In this document: positions 50,321-64,000 of the stretch, in pieces
How positions within the stretch are numbered: the stretch's first letter is position 1
Layout of the letters: the number at the start of each line of letters is the position of its first letter
NCBI RefSeq assembly: GCF_009914755.1
Contig: NC_060935.1
DNA from: the human T2T-CHM13v2.0 reference genome, Homo sapiens
Reading direction: 5' to 3' (one strand)
DNA length: 64,000 nt
The notes under the pieces: generated by a model
Databases searched by the model: none
What the model saw: only the letters and a program-made list of their open reading frames with translations
Told to the model about the DNA's origin: nothing
Program-made: the position numbers and the translations under genes

Positions 50321-51589
50321 ATTATAAATTCTCATGTATTCTGAATGCATTGTGGGGCTGTCGAATTTGTTCCACTGATGTATTGATACTTGGGTTAACA
50401 CGGTATCATTTTGAAACTGATAAAAGATTTATAATAGACTAATAGAATTTATTAGCTGATAATATCTTCCTATTTTCATTTCTCAAACACTTTCTTCTTA
50501 AGTGGAACTCCATTTTTTCCATGTAAAACTACCTCTTTTCTCATCTTTAATTCCATTGTCAGACATAAATAGAGGGTCTCAAAACTCTGCATGCACCCAG
50601 CAAGACTACTTGACCTTTCAAAACTCACAGCCTTGCACCACTGACAGCATGGGAACCATCAGGATTACTCAACATTTCCCCATCTCCGTTTACCTTGATT
50701 ACTTCGTGAAGTCCTAGATTTTTGGTTTTCATTCCCAGGACTCTCTTCCCCATTCATGCTGTGGAGAGTGATGTAATCACATCAGTATCCCTGCTTAGTA
50801 CTAATCACCATCTGACATAATATACATTTTGTTTATTTGTTCATCCATTCTAGATGTCAGCTCTACAAGGGCAGGAATTTGTGTTAATTTTATTCACTTC
50901 TATATCAATCAGCAGGCAGTAGGCTGGATGCAGTGCACTTGACTATAGTAAAAGAGAAAGAATTCCATCGTTCCATAAGGGAACGTCTCTCATCTATCTC
51001 AGACCCAGTGCCTAGAAAAAAACACTAGCTTTGGGTAGGTGTTTACTAACATCTGTGGAATGAAAAGATACCTCTTCTGGATAATCCTTTCCTAGACCCT
51101 GGGAGGCCTATCAGACATACTGGTTCTTGAAACAGCCCAGTGTTCATTTGGCCCTTGCAAGCTTGGCACTCTTCCTTTGGGAAGCTTCCTGGAGAAGTGG
51201 CCATGGCAGGCGGCTTCCCCAAAAGGCAGCAGCTGGCACTGGAGATCTATGTCTTCCTTTGCTTTGTAAAGTTTTTATGGCACAGCTGAGAATATTCACA
51301 GAATTCTACCCAATGTTGTCTAATTACAATTTAGAATTTTACTCAATACCGTATAATTATACTTCAGAGCTTTGCCATCTCATTATACAGCAATCTTGGT
51401 GGTTGGGAGTGAATGGTTGTGGATGATGATTCTGGTCAATTTTCTATGTGCATAACTCCTCAGTGTGTGCCAGAGAAAGCTTTCAGGCAGCTGAAGGAGC
51501 AATAGGTTTTCCCTTCTCAAGAAGCAAAATATTTTACTGTTAAAAGATGGCAAGAGAGTCAGGACAACAGATAAGATCAGCATATGAAT

Positions 51590-51800
51590 AGAAATCAGGC
51601 ATTCAAATCAGACAGACTATGTTCAAATACTAGTTCTGCTTGTCACTGGTTATGCAATTATCAATTACTCAGATAATCTTTCTTAGTTCAATTTTTGCCT
51701 CTATAAAGTCAGGATAATATTTGATATACTATTTAAGGATTGAATGAGATTAAAATGTCTAGGATAGGGCCTGTCTTAAATTAGGTACTCAACAAGTATT
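51590..51800 (+). mobile_element. MIR SINE
   Basis: TCAGACAGAC...GTTCAAATACTAGTTCTGC...TATAAAGTCAGGATAATA. Confidence 0.6.
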
Positions 51801-52525
51801 AATTTTATTCTTATCCTATTTTTTGACATAAGAAAATGAAGAACTCTCTCCTCTCCAAAAGCATTTACCTCCTGTGTCCATGTTCTAATTTGGCATTGCT
51901 CATAGTCAAACATATTGTGAGACACAGGGAATCTGGCATAGGCAACAATTAATGAATATTTGACTACTTCTGAGAAAATGAACATGCAAAGAAAATGAAG
52001 AGAGCCAACTAAATGCAGGCACATGTCCCTGTAAAATAATAGATAGAATTCAAAGGGAGCCACAACAACCCTTACTTCCATTTTTCCATCTTTCTATTTC
52101 AAGTAGGAACTGATTTCAGTACCATCTCTGTCTGCTGATGACATGTCACCCATTCGGTTTTCATTATCAGATTTCAAGCATCCTTAACACAAGGTCTGTG
52201 TCATTTCTATGGTTTTACATTTCCTAGACCATACAGAGCACTCTCTGGATATTTTATAGGTATGGTAACATTTTAACTTGATTTCATCTTTTGTAGTACA
52301 TGAGGACTACAGTGCTCTGTAGGAACCTGGAAAGAAAGGAAATAAAGAGTTCCCTGTTGGATAAACTAAAATATTAATCCATAATAAACCAGGACAGCAA
52401 ACATATGCAGTTCTGTTTTAGAGTCAGGATTACTCCTAGGAACCACAACCTGATTGAAAGCTAAGCTGCCCAAATATGCCATTAAAAATTTGAGTTAAAC
52501 AACACCCTTTATTTTGACCTCATGA

Positions 52526-52867
<342 letters not shown>

Positions 52868-53302
52868 TATAGTCTATTTTCTTCTATGGCATGCTGCAAG
52901 AATGATACACTGGTCGAGGATCCAGTGGGTGTGATATCCTTGAAAACTTTGCTTCTCCTTTAAAAATAATAAAGACTGTTCTTAGCCTTGTAAACTTTGT
53001 TACTGTGATATGCTGTGATGTACAGACAAAACTACTTTTCTGGGTCTTTAAGGCTGAAGCTCTTGACTAATGAAATTCATTTGGGAAATCCACTCTGGGA
53101 GGTCTCTAGGAAGGTGAAAGGCTAGCTCACCAAGTGACACCACAAGCTCATCACTGGCTCTTCTCTTACTACTTGAAACATCTTCACAGGGGAGTTTACC
53201 TGGAAACTCATTATATGTTTGAACAGACAATATGGTATGAAGAATTATCAATAAAAAACAATCTCAAGAGTTTTAGATCTGCAAGTGACCTCGAATTCTC
53301 AC

Positions 53303-53328
53303 ATATATATATATATATATATATATAT
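53303..53328. repeat. (TA)n microsatellite
   Basis: Direct inspection. Confidence 0.9.
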
Positions 53329-53349
53329 GCCAATGAATATATTATAAAG

Positions 53350-53775
53350 TCCTAGTTTTGAAAGAATGTAAAGATACTATCCAGTATCACCTCTACAATT
53401 AATACAGGAATCTTCCTTGTTCTATCTCTGGCGGGTTATCATTAAGTCTGTGAGTGAAGCTCATTATCTCACGAAGCAGTTTCCTTATTTTTTTTTAAAT
53501 GGATGTTAAATTTATATATAATGAAATACACGGATCTGAAGTTACAATTAGAGTTTTGATAAGTACATCTGCCTCTGTAGCCATCCCTGCAAACAAGATA
53601 TAGAACATTATCCTTTCATTTCTCAAACAGATGTTATTATTAAAAAGATTATTTCTTATGTTGAAGCACAATCTGACTGCAATTTCTTTATGCTAGTCCT
53701 ATTTTTCTTTTCTGGAACCATGCATATTCAGCCTGATTTCTTTTTCCCTTCAAAGCCCTTCAAATATTTGAGAAT
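53350..53775 (-). mobile_element. L3/CR1 fragment interrupted by a short L1M 3' piece (about 53490-53612)
   Basis: Resembles the antisense L3 3' region (CTTATGTTGAAGCACAATCTG...GCCCTTCAAATATTTGA). Confidence 0.5.
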
Positions 53776-53829
53776 TGAATATGAGAATATAAACCCTTCA
53801 GAATATAATAAGAATCACACATTCCAACA

Positions 53830-54400
53830 TGGTGGCAGAGCATAAGTCAGTGTTTATTTATCTAGGAAGTCTGGTGAAGGGGAGCCTACTGCTTTCACTA
53901 TTAATTTGTGATCATGGGAAAGTTCTTTGCCATCATAAGCTGCACTGTCTTCACCTGTTAAATGAGGACAATATTTACTAAGAGGGTTGTTGAAGAAAAT
54001 AAATGACATAATGTATCTAAAATGCTTAACATATTTCCTGGCCTTTTGTAAGGTATATAGTAGAAGCTACCAGATTTTATTTTTGTGAAGTAGATTTAAA
54101 CCTTTTTGAAAAATCCTTGGATAAAACTTGTTTCTAATTCTGTCTCTTTTTTGGACAGGTGTTAAGGAGTATAATGTATTGAAAAGAGAACTGGAAATAG
54201 AATCAGATTATCTGGGTTTAATCCTAGGTCCTTATTTTATTAGCCTGTGACTTTAACAAAACACTCAGGCTTCCTGGCCCATGCCCACATGTCTAAAGAA
54301 ACGCTAATAATACTGCCTTACCAACATCACAGCATTGTTGAATAGCTCAAGGTTAAAGTACAATGTGAATTAAAGCTTTTATTAAATTGTAATTTTCTAT
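53830..54400 (+). mobile_element. Two MIR SINEs
   Basis: MIR cores CTTCACCTGTTAAATGAGGACAATA and CTGGGTTTAATCCTAG...CTGTGACTTTAACAA. Confidence 0.6.
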
Positions 54401-55330
54401 AGTAAGGTAAGTAGGAATAAAATGATACTGCCCATTGAGAGGCGAGGTAGGAGACAACCTAAAAGAAACTCAAACTGAATATGCTTTTGTGGAGTTACAG
54501 GTACAATTCAAATGATGATGACAACCAGAGTGTAAGATTGAAGCAGGTGATTGGTACCCAAGGGTTATTCCTGAAGCACTGTCTGCATCAGAGTGTTCTG
54601 CTCAAGAAACTCAGTGAAGGATGCTGTCTAGGTTGTAGATGAATATCTCACAATCCCTTCTATTCCTTGGATATATTTCTAGAGGATGACAGATTCTAGT
54701 TGAGTTCACAGAGTCTTTTTTTATTGGTAATTATTTGTTCTAGTTGAATCTAGCCAGTCAACATTCAGTGGCTATGAAATACTTCTAGATTTTCTCTCTG
54801 AACTCAAACCATGGATTTTAGCTACCTGGTAAACTGTTCCTATGTTCTCAGAATATCTTCCTCAATTTGTAAGTAAAATGAATGCAGGATTAACATTTAA
54901 TTCTCAAGTTATAGTACCTCTAAGTGTCCCCCTCCTTGAATGCAGCATCTCAGTTTTCTCACAACTGCATTCCCTACTCTCCAACTCCAATTCTTCTGCT
55001 ATTTCTGGGAAAGCCTCAGTACTAATAATGTATACCTAACATCATATGCAATGGTGACAGACTGCATACTTTCTCCCTAAGATCAGGAAGAAAGATACAT
55101 ACTCTCACCACTTTAATTTGACATTGTTCTAGATGTCCCAGACAGTGCGGTATGCAAGAATATGAAATGAGAGGTACCATATTGGAAATGAACAAGTAAA
55201 ACTGCCCTTATTTGCAGATGACATGATTGTATATATAGAAAATCCAATAAAATGTACCAAAAAGATTGTAGAAACAGAGAGATCAGAGAGATTGTAGAAT
55301 ATGAGATCAACTGCAAAAATTAAGTGGATA

Positions 55331-57716
55331 GTTATGGGGATGCATTCTGAAAAATATGTCATTGGGTGATTTTGTCATTGTGTAAACATCATAGACTGTA
55401 CTCACACAAACCTAGATGGTATAGCCTACACACATCTAGGCTATATGGTAGAGCCTATTGCTCCTTGGCTACAAACTTGGACAGCATGTTACTATACTGA
55501 ATGCTGTAGGCAATTGCATCACAATGGTAAATATTTGTGTATTAAACATAGAGAAGGTACGGCAAAAATGTATAAAATATTAAAAAATGGTATACCTATA
55601 TAGGACATTTGCCATGAATGGAACTTGTAGGACTCGAAGTTGCTCTGAGTGAGTCAATGAGTGAGTGGTGAGTGAATGTGAAGGCCTAGGATATTACTGT
55701 ACACTATTGTAGGCTTTATAAACACTCAACACTTAGGCTATACTAAATTTATAAAATATTTTTCTTTCTTCAATAATAAATTAACCTTAGCTTATTGTAA
55801 CTTTTTTACTTTATAAACTTTTTAATTTTGTTAAAACTTTTTTGACTCTTTTGTTGTAACACTTAGCTTGAAACACAAACACATTGTATGGCTGTAAAAA
55901 TATTTTCTATATTTATATCCTTATTCTATAAGCTTTTTTCTAGTTTAACATTTTCATTTTATTTTTTGCTTTTTAAACTATTTTCATAAAAATGAAGACA
56001 CAGACCTTAGGCTAACCCTACGCAGGGTCAAGATAATCGATTTCACTCTCTTTCATTTCATATCTTGTCCCACTAGAAGGTCTTCAGAGGCAATAACATG
56101 CATGGAATTGTCATCTCCTATGATAACAATGCTTCTAGAATTCTTCTAGAATACCTCCTGAAGGACCTGCATGAGGCTGTTTTATAGTCAACTGTATATA
56201 TATATATATATATATATGTAAGTTTCATATATATATAACTTATATAAGTTATGTATACATATATAACATATGTATATAAGTTATGTATACATATATAACA
56301 TGTATATAAGTTATGTATACATATATAACATGTATATAAGTTATGTATACATATATAACATATGTATATAAGTTATGTATACATATATAACATATGTATA
56401 TAAGTTATGTATACATATATAACATATGTATATAAGTTATGTATACATATATAACATATGTATATAAGTTATGTATACAAATATAACATATGTATATAAG
56501 TTATGTATACATATATAACATATGTATATAAGTTATGTATACATATATAACATATGTATATAAGTTATGTATACATATATAACATATGTATATAAGTTAT
56601 GTATACATATATAACATATGTATATAAGTTATGTATACATATATAACATATGTATATAAGTTATGTATACATATATAACATATGTATATAAGTTATGTAT
56701 ACATATATAACATATGTATATGTTATGTATACATATATAACATATGTATATGTTATGTATACATATATAACATATGTATATAAGTTATGTATACATATAT
56801 AACATATGTATATAAGTTATGTATACATATATAACATATGTATATAAGTTATGTATACATATATAACATATGTATATAAGTTATGTATACATATATAACA
56901 TGTATATAAGTTATGTATACATATATAACATGTATATAAGTTATGTATACATATATAACATGTATATAAGTTATGTATACATATATAACATGTATATAAG
57001 TTATGTATACATATATAACATGTATATAAGTTATGTATACATATATAGCATATGTATATAAGTTATGTATACATATATAGCATATGTATATAAGTTATGT
57101 ATACATATATAGCATATGTATATAAGTTATGTATACATATATAGCATATGTATATAAGTTATGTATACATATATAGCATATGTATATAAGTTATGTATAC
57201 ATATATAGCATATGTATATAAGTTATGTATACATATATAACATATGTATATAAGTTATGTATACATATATAACATATGTATATAAGTTATGTATACATAT
57301 ATAACATATGTATATAAGTTATGTATACATATATAACATATGTATATAAGTTATATATATTCTAGAAGAATAATATATATAATATATATATAACATATAT
57401 ATAAGAAGGAGTATACACTAAAATAATGATCAAAAGTATAGTAAAAATGTAAACCAGTTAACAGTCATTTATTATCATTATCAAGTATTATGTACTCTAC
57501 ATAATTGTATGTGCTAGACTTTTACACAACTATCAGTACAGTATGTTTGTTTACATCAGCATCACCACAGACACATAAGTAATGGGTTGTGCTACAATGT
57601 TATGATGGCTTTGATGTCACTAGGTGATAGGATTTTTTAGCTCCTTTATACTATTACGCGACCACTGTCATATATGTGCTCCATCATTGAAACATAATTA
57701 TGCAGCACATGAGTAT
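55331..57716 (+). mobile_element. Tigger3b (MER7B/Golem) DNA transposon containing a minisatellite
   Basis: Tigger3 signature CACAAACCTAGATGGTATAGCCTAC...GCCTATTGCTCC, internal GAGTGAGTGGTGAGTGAATGTGAAGGCCTAG, and 3' end TATGCAGCACATGA. Confidence 0.8.
56196..57404. repeat. AT-rich minisatellite (VNTR): 32-bp unit TATAAGTTATGTATACATATATAACATATGTA, about 35 copies with 30-bp and G variants
   Basis: Direct inspection. The core array spans about 56241-57355 and is flanked by (TA)n. Confidence 0.95.
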
Positions 57717-60700
57717 ATTTTCATGCGCTAACAATGAGCTATAGTGTATGTTAATCATAAAGGAAAAATTTTAAAATTGAACTCTACTGAAATTAAGATC
57801 TTGTTTGTGAAAATGTGCTATTAAGAGACTATAGACACAGTCCACAGAGTGGGAGAATATGTTTACCACACACATATTTGATAAAAGACTCATATCCAGA
57901 ACATGTAAAGAACTTGTATAAATCAAGAAGAAAAAGACAGAAGACCCAATTAAAAACATAGGCAAAAACAAAACAATTCAAGCAGAAACTTCCCAGTGGT
58001 TAAGAAACACATGAAAAGATGCTCAACTGTATTTGTCATCAGGGAAATACAAATTAAAACTGCTATCTTGTACTGCTACACAACCACCAGAATGACTAAG
58101 ATGAAAAAGATGGTAAGCACTAGGAGGTGGCGAGGATGGCAAAAATTCGTACTCTTGTTTCTCCTGCTGGGGGAATAAATTAGTATTTTTGCTTTGGAAA
58201 TATGTGTTGAAAAATGAAATGATGCATACTCTATAACCTAGCAATTCCACTCCAAAGCATAAAGTCAACAGAGATGACTGCTTTTAGCCGCCAAAAGACA
58301 CATATATAATTGCTTAGAGCTGTACTATTCAAAGAGTCAAAACCTGGAAACTATCCAAGTATAATCACAAAAGAAGATTAAACAGAAATGGGGATAAAGG
58401 ACATGACAAACAACAATATGAGTGAATCTCACAAACATAATATTGAGTAAAAGAAGCCAACACAAAGAAATACATACTTACATTTTTTATGCAAAGTTCA
58501 AACAGGGAAAACTCACCTGTTAGATGCCAGGATCACAATTACTCTTGAAGGAGTTGCAGCAGTGTCATTGGTTCAAATGATGGTTCAGTTTGTGAAAATT
58601 CATCCAGCTATAACATTATGATATGTACAGTTTTTTATATGCATATAGTACTTTAACAAAAAAGTAAAAAATAAGACGGTGAAATAAATCTATTTCCAGA
58701 CAATATAAAACCTGAGACAATTGTTGCCAGCAGACCTGAGGTGAAAGAAATCCTGAAGTGAATTCTTCATGCAGAAGAAAATGTTCCCTAATGGAAACAT
58801 GGAAATGCAGGACAGAATGAAACTTAAAAGTACAAGGTATATAGTCCTGGGTAAAAAAGAATTAAATTGTTATTATTCATAGATGACATGATTGAAAATC
58901 CACGGGCAAACTGATAGAATTAAGAAGTACATTTACAAGATCTTTTGATATAAAGTGAATATGCAAAATTCAATTTCATTCTATATACCTGCAACATGTA
59001 GAAAATAAAATTTAGGAATAATAAAATTTAAGATAGACTTACTCCTAGGTATTTGATGTTATTGATACTATCAAAATATTTGTAAAACCTCTGCACAGAA
59101 AAAAATGTATAGCATTGAGAGAAACTAAATAAATACATGGAAAGATACATAAGTTGTTCATAGATTGGAATGCTCCATATTGTAGTGATGTTGTAACTCT
59201 CCTAAATTGACCTATAGATTCAATTTAATTACTATCTAAATTCCAGTAAGTTATTTATTTACTATCAGAAACTGAGAAGTCAATTCTCAAGCTTATATGG
59301 AGATGTAAAGGGCCAAGAATAGCAAGACAATCTTGAAGAAGTTGAACAAAGTTGAAGAACTGTTGATTATGAAGACTTTTTTTTTTTTTAACACTATAGT
59401 AATTAACAGAGTGTAGTATTCACATATGGATAGGGGAATAACCATTTAAGTAGAATAGAAGTCCAGAAACAAACCTACATGTATACTGTCACTTGACTTA
59501 TGATAAAGGTGATGCTCTGTGGAAGGGATGACTTATCAAGAAGTTTTATCCTTCCAGTTGAATCAATTAGAAAGTCATGTAGGAAGAAACAAATCTTGAC
59601 CCCCTACTTTGTACCAAACTAAAAGACATAGCAATAAAACTTCTAAAAGAAATAGTGATATATCTTCATGACCTTTTGATACACACATATTTCTTAATAT
59701 CAGAAAGCATTAACAAAGGAAAGATTGACAAATTAGATTTCAATAAAATTGTTGATTTCTAATTATAAGAAGACACTACTAAGAGAGTTAAATGATAAGC
59801 CACAGACTAAGAGAAGATACTTGCAATGAATATATTCAACAAAGAACATATCTGCAGATGTAACAAATGCATAGGAATCACTGAGGAAAAGAGAGTCATC
59901 CCAAAAGAAAAGTGGGCAAAAGACATGAGCAGGTACTTTACCAAAGAAAATATCCAGGCAGCCAAAACACATAAGAAAAGGTGCTCAGTCTCATTAGTCA
60001 TCAGGCAAACTGAAGTTAAAATTACACTAATATGCATGAATTCGGGATAGAATCAAAAGGACTGGCAATTCTAAACATTAGAGAAGATGTAAAGCAACTG
60101 GAACTGTCATACATGTTGCTGTGATTATAAATTGGCACTGCTACTTGTGAAACTGTTAGGCAGTGTCCATGAAAGCTGAACATACATATACCCTATGATC
60201 CAAAAATTCTATTTCTATATTAAGCAAGAAAGCATACATATATGGACCAAGAACACGTGCAAAGATTTTCACAGCACTACTACTCATAATTTTCTCAAAC
60301 AGAGAAACTAAATTGTCCGTTAATAGTAGAATAAATACAATGCAGCAATGAAAATCAACAAACTTGAGACAATGTATGTGAAACTCAAATAACACTGAGT
60401 GAAAGATAACAAATGCAAAACAATGCACACTGTATGGTTCCATTTACATAAAATTCAAAACCTGACAAAACTAACCTATGGTATTAGTCAAAATAATGGT
60501 AGTCTTGGAGAGGATAAATGTAGTTTTCAAGAAATGAAAGTTCTGGTAATGTTTTATTTCTGTATTTGAGGGGTACATAAATGTTAACGTTACCTTTGTG
60601 TAAATTCATAGAGCTGGATATTCATGATTTTACTCTTTACTACCTGTCTGTATAAAACTGTATATCAGTAACAACAAAACAGCTGCTTTGATAACTTATT

Positions 60701-61039
60701 CCTATATCCCTAACCAGAGTTAGCAATTGATCCACAATCTTTGTCTACCTCTCATCTGTATTATATTTATATGCCACCAAAATCTTATAGATATAAAAAA
60801 ATCTTTATGGCTCCACTTTGTTCTGAGAGAGAATGACGAGCTGTGCGGGGTGAATGAAGCCAGTTCAGGATGCTGTAGTGTCCAGAGATGTGAGGGAAGT
60901 TTTTAATTTTCCTTTATTTGGAATTCCCAGCAGGGACCCCCCTACTCTTCATTTCTGTAGCTCTCGTGCCAACAACATAGACAAATCTCAATTGGCATTT
61001 GTTTAGATAAATCGGTGGCAGTTTGTGTATGCATGTATT

Positions 61040-62360
61040 TTATATCATTTTTTAACTTTTAAAAGTGTAAAATATGAAAAAATTGCATGCAACGTATATA
61101 CCTGTAACCACCAGCAAAGTCAAGAAATAGAGCATTACCAGATTACAGAAGAACCTGTCTGCTCTGTGTTTCCTCCTTTATCTGTGTATGTTTCCACATA
61201 TATATGTACATATATATATATATATATCTGCATCAATACAGTATTTTAATTTATAATTCATATTTCAATTTTTAAATTGACTTAATAATGTTTCTTATAA
61301 TAAAGGACAGTATAATATAAAGTTCATATCATTTACTCCTTCAGCCCAGGATCCAATCTAGGATTAGAGATTACATTTAGTTCTCATGTCTCTTTAGCCT
61401 CTTTTAATCTGAAACATATCCACAGTTTTTCTTTGTCTTTTGACATTGATGTTTTTGAAGACTTTAGTTGTTCTCTCTGCTTTTAAAAGTAAAATTTCTC
61501 GCCTGTGTTTGTCTTCTGTTTCTTCTAATCATGGTTGGAATGGGATTATGTAGGTTTGGCTAGAGCACTGCACATATGACACCGTGTTCTTCTCAGGGTG
61601 TCACATCTGGAGACACATTATGTCCATATGTCCCTCAGTCGCCGTGTTAATTTTGATCACCCAGCCTATAGTTGCCCACTTCTCCACTGTATATTACTGT
61701 TTATTTTTCTGCTTTGCAACTAATAAGCAGTCTGTATGAAGATACAGAAATACACTATTTCTTCTCAATTTTCTTCTTGAATTAGTGTCCGTTGAGGATT
61801 TTTTTGTCTGATTCAATCTTTACCATAATGGCGGCAAAATGATGATTTTCCAACTCCAGCACTAGCGTATCAATTGAAAAGTGTAAAATACAAACAATTT
61901 TCTAGGAAGGCTGTGAGTCATTCATTTATTTATTCGCTCAATTCATGAAAACAGAATTACTTAGCATTGATTGATTGATCTGATAACTAGAGCAGTTTAA
62001 GGTCCAAAGGGACCTTTTTTAGATAAAAAAGCAGTTCTGGTTTTGAAATATTCACAATCTGTCAAAAAGATATTGAAATACCAGTTGGCCCTCATTATTC
62101 TACTACAAAAGTTATTTACTTATTTAATATCTAACTATCTAAATAACCCCTTATTTATCTAATTACTATCCACGTGGGCTCATGGATTCCTTTTTGTTTC
62201 AATTGTTCATAATGTATTTCTGAGCTTAAGTTTCTTTGGTGCTGAAATTGTCTCTGGTTTGGCTAGTGAGAGCCCCTTCAAACTGGCTCCTGTTTCCTTG
62301 TTATATGCTCCCTCTTCCCATTTTCTGAGCACTTCCTTGGTTTCTGTTGTAACAAATCCA
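61040..62360 (-). mobile_element. L1MC/ME-like 3' remnant with an internal insert at about 61864-62080
   Basis: CCCAGGATCCAATCTAGGATT...GTCTCTTTAG and TTTGGCTAGTGAGAGCCCCTTCAAACTGGCTCCTG L1MC 3'UTR motifs. Confidence 0.65.
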
Positions 62361-62580
62361 ACCATTTATTTAAAGTCTAATATGTCATTTTTTTCTACGG
62401 CAACCTCCAACACTAACTTTGCCCCAAAGATGGTTTTATTTTTCTGTACATTTGCGTACAAATTATACTCAATTCTCTAATTCTTTCTTATACTTGAAAT
62501 TGATTTCTAGTTGTTTTATATATTTTGTTTATCTCTTCAATAATTTGTATTGCAAAACCAAGGCCTGATTTTTATAATTT

Positions 62581-62710
62581 ATTTATTTATTTATTTTAGT
62601 GTATATATAGTTTTTTCGTTATACTTTAAGTTCTAGGGTACATGTGCACAATGTGCAGGTTTGTTACATATGTATACATGTACCATGTTGGTGTGCTGCA
62701 CCCATTAGAG
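62581..62710 (-). mobile_element. Very short 5'-truncated L1PA4/5-like 3' end
   Basis: TTATACTTTAAGTTCTAGGGTACATGTGCAC...CACCCATT; TSD TTTTATAATTT at 62570-62580 and 62711-62721. Confidence 0.85.
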
Positions 62711-63480
62711 TTTTATAATTTAAAAATCAGATTGCCCTTGGGACCTTGAACTGTAAAATAATGCTATTTTTATGAATAAATGGATGGATGAATGAAGCAA
62801 ATTGTCTCCCTAGAAAATATTTTTAATTTACATTTTTCAATTTATATGTTTATTGGAAACTTACCTAAATGTTGGAGGATAATTAAACTAGGAAGAGAAA
62901 GCAGAGGAAATTGGGTGTCCCCATGCTAATAATATAGAAAAAAAAAAAAAAAACAAAAGGTCAATGACCTCCTAAATTACATTCAGTGAACTCAGTTACC
63001 CAACTGGCTGGCTGATACTCTTTTTGTTCATAACTTAAGGCTGTTTTATTGTGTTATATTTTAACAGGAGTTGGTGTCCATTTTTTGAGATGATGTAGTT
63101 GGTATTTATATTGGTAAGAGTTATCTTTGTTGTTAGCAAAATTCATGTCTTGGGTAGATTAAATGATTTAAAAAGTTACTGATTGTCTTGTTATAGGATT
63201 TTGTGATAAGGACCCAATTTATTGTCAGGAGATGAATTGTAGGGGCCTACATTCCTTGATGTTGTTGAGCTGATCCTGTTGTGTCTGCTTCTGTGGGTTG
63301 GTCGCTGAACCTACAGAGATGAGATGAGTGATGCCTGTGAGTGTGATTTCTTTGCTTCTTGCTCCACTTCGATAGGATGAATAGATTTATTCCAGTCATA
63401 AATTCAGCAAAACCTCCTAATCTGAGCTAGTATAGTGAGATCTAGTGAATACCAGAGAATATTTATGTAATATAATAAAT

Positions 63481-63838
63481 TTTCCTCCTTCCTTCCTTCC
63501 TTCCTTCTTCTCTTTCTTTCTCTCTCTCTCTCCTTTTCTTTTTTCTTTTCTTTTCTTTTTTCTCGCTTTTGCTGTGTTGTCCAGGCTGGAGTATAGTGAC
63601 ATAATCATGGCTCACTTCTGCTTTAACCCCTCTGGCTCAAGCAATCCTCCTGCCTCAGCCTTCAGAATGGCTGGTACTACAGGTGTGCACCACACACCAG
63701 CTAATTTATTTATATTTTTTGTAGGGAGGGATCTCCCTATATTGCCTAGGCTGGTTTTGAACTCCTGGGCTCAAGCAATTTTCCCTCCTCGGCCTCCTGA
63801 AGTGCAGGGATTACAGGCATGGGCCTCCATGTTGGCCT
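63481..63838 (-). mobile_element. AluJ with (CCTT)/(CT)-expanded tail
   Basis: AluJ diagnostics (GGCTCAAGCAATCCTCC, TATTGCCTAGGCTGG). Confidence 0.85.
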
Positions 63839-64000
63839 TTAAGAGTAATATTGTAACTGCTTTTCAGGATATGTTTGTTGTGTTAAAAGCCCTTGGAGAC
63901 TTGATTATCTAAAATAATTAGCCTATTAACCATTTGTTTTTAATTAGATGAGTTTTTTCAGACTCAGGTAAGGCTTGGGCTGTATGGAAATCATGGAGTC

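Larger units (their letters stand above)
55030..60670 (+). mobile_element. Ancient sense-strand L1M (L1ME-like) remnants, interrupted by Tigger3b
   Basis: RT motif TTTGCAGATGACATGATTG (LFADDM) near 55210; ORF2 C-terminal remnants in ORFs 57996-58178 and 59826-60050. Confidence 0.65.

Noticed and set aside
56870-57061. ORF encoding (MYISYVYIYN)n repeats
   Set aside because: Translation of the 30-bp minisatellite variants; no evidence of a gene.
56241-57355. CRISPR-like array of ~32-bp palindromic repeats
   Set aside because: Units are head-to-tail with no unique spacers, there are no cas genes, and the DNA is primate.

Overview
Repeat-dense primate genomic DNA, almost certainly human because it carries an L1HS element. 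I recognise no cellular protein-coding exon, RNA gene or CRISPR array. The centrepiece is a full-length L1HS pre-Ta LINE-1 on the minus strand (5717-11794). It has intact ORF1 (338 aa), ORF2 (1275 aa) and antisense ORF0 (71 aa), a 15-bp target-site duplication (TSD), a mutated native poly(A) signal and a 13-nt 3' transduced tag. About 2.7 kb away, in the same orientation, lies an older disrupted near-full-length L1PA4/5 interrupted by a MER11 (HERV-K11/HML-8) solo LTR. The two L1s share several 97-155 bp blocks of perfect identity and two non-consensus variants, which suggests local gene conversion (or an assembly artefact). The rest is a nested stack of older L1s (L1PA7/8, an L1MA with a twin-priming inversion, L1MC/ME), ten Alus, L2, MIR, L3, MaLR and ERV1 LTRs, and Tigger3 transposons. 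One Tigger3 hosts a ~1.1-kb palindromic AT-rich 32-bp minisatellite. I see no evidence for a wholly new biological system; the best leads concern retrotransposon genealogy, L1-L1 sequence exchange and unexplained inserts inside old L1s. Subfamily calls and 'non-consensus' residues rest on consensus sequences recalled from memory and need RepeatMasker/Dfam confirmation.
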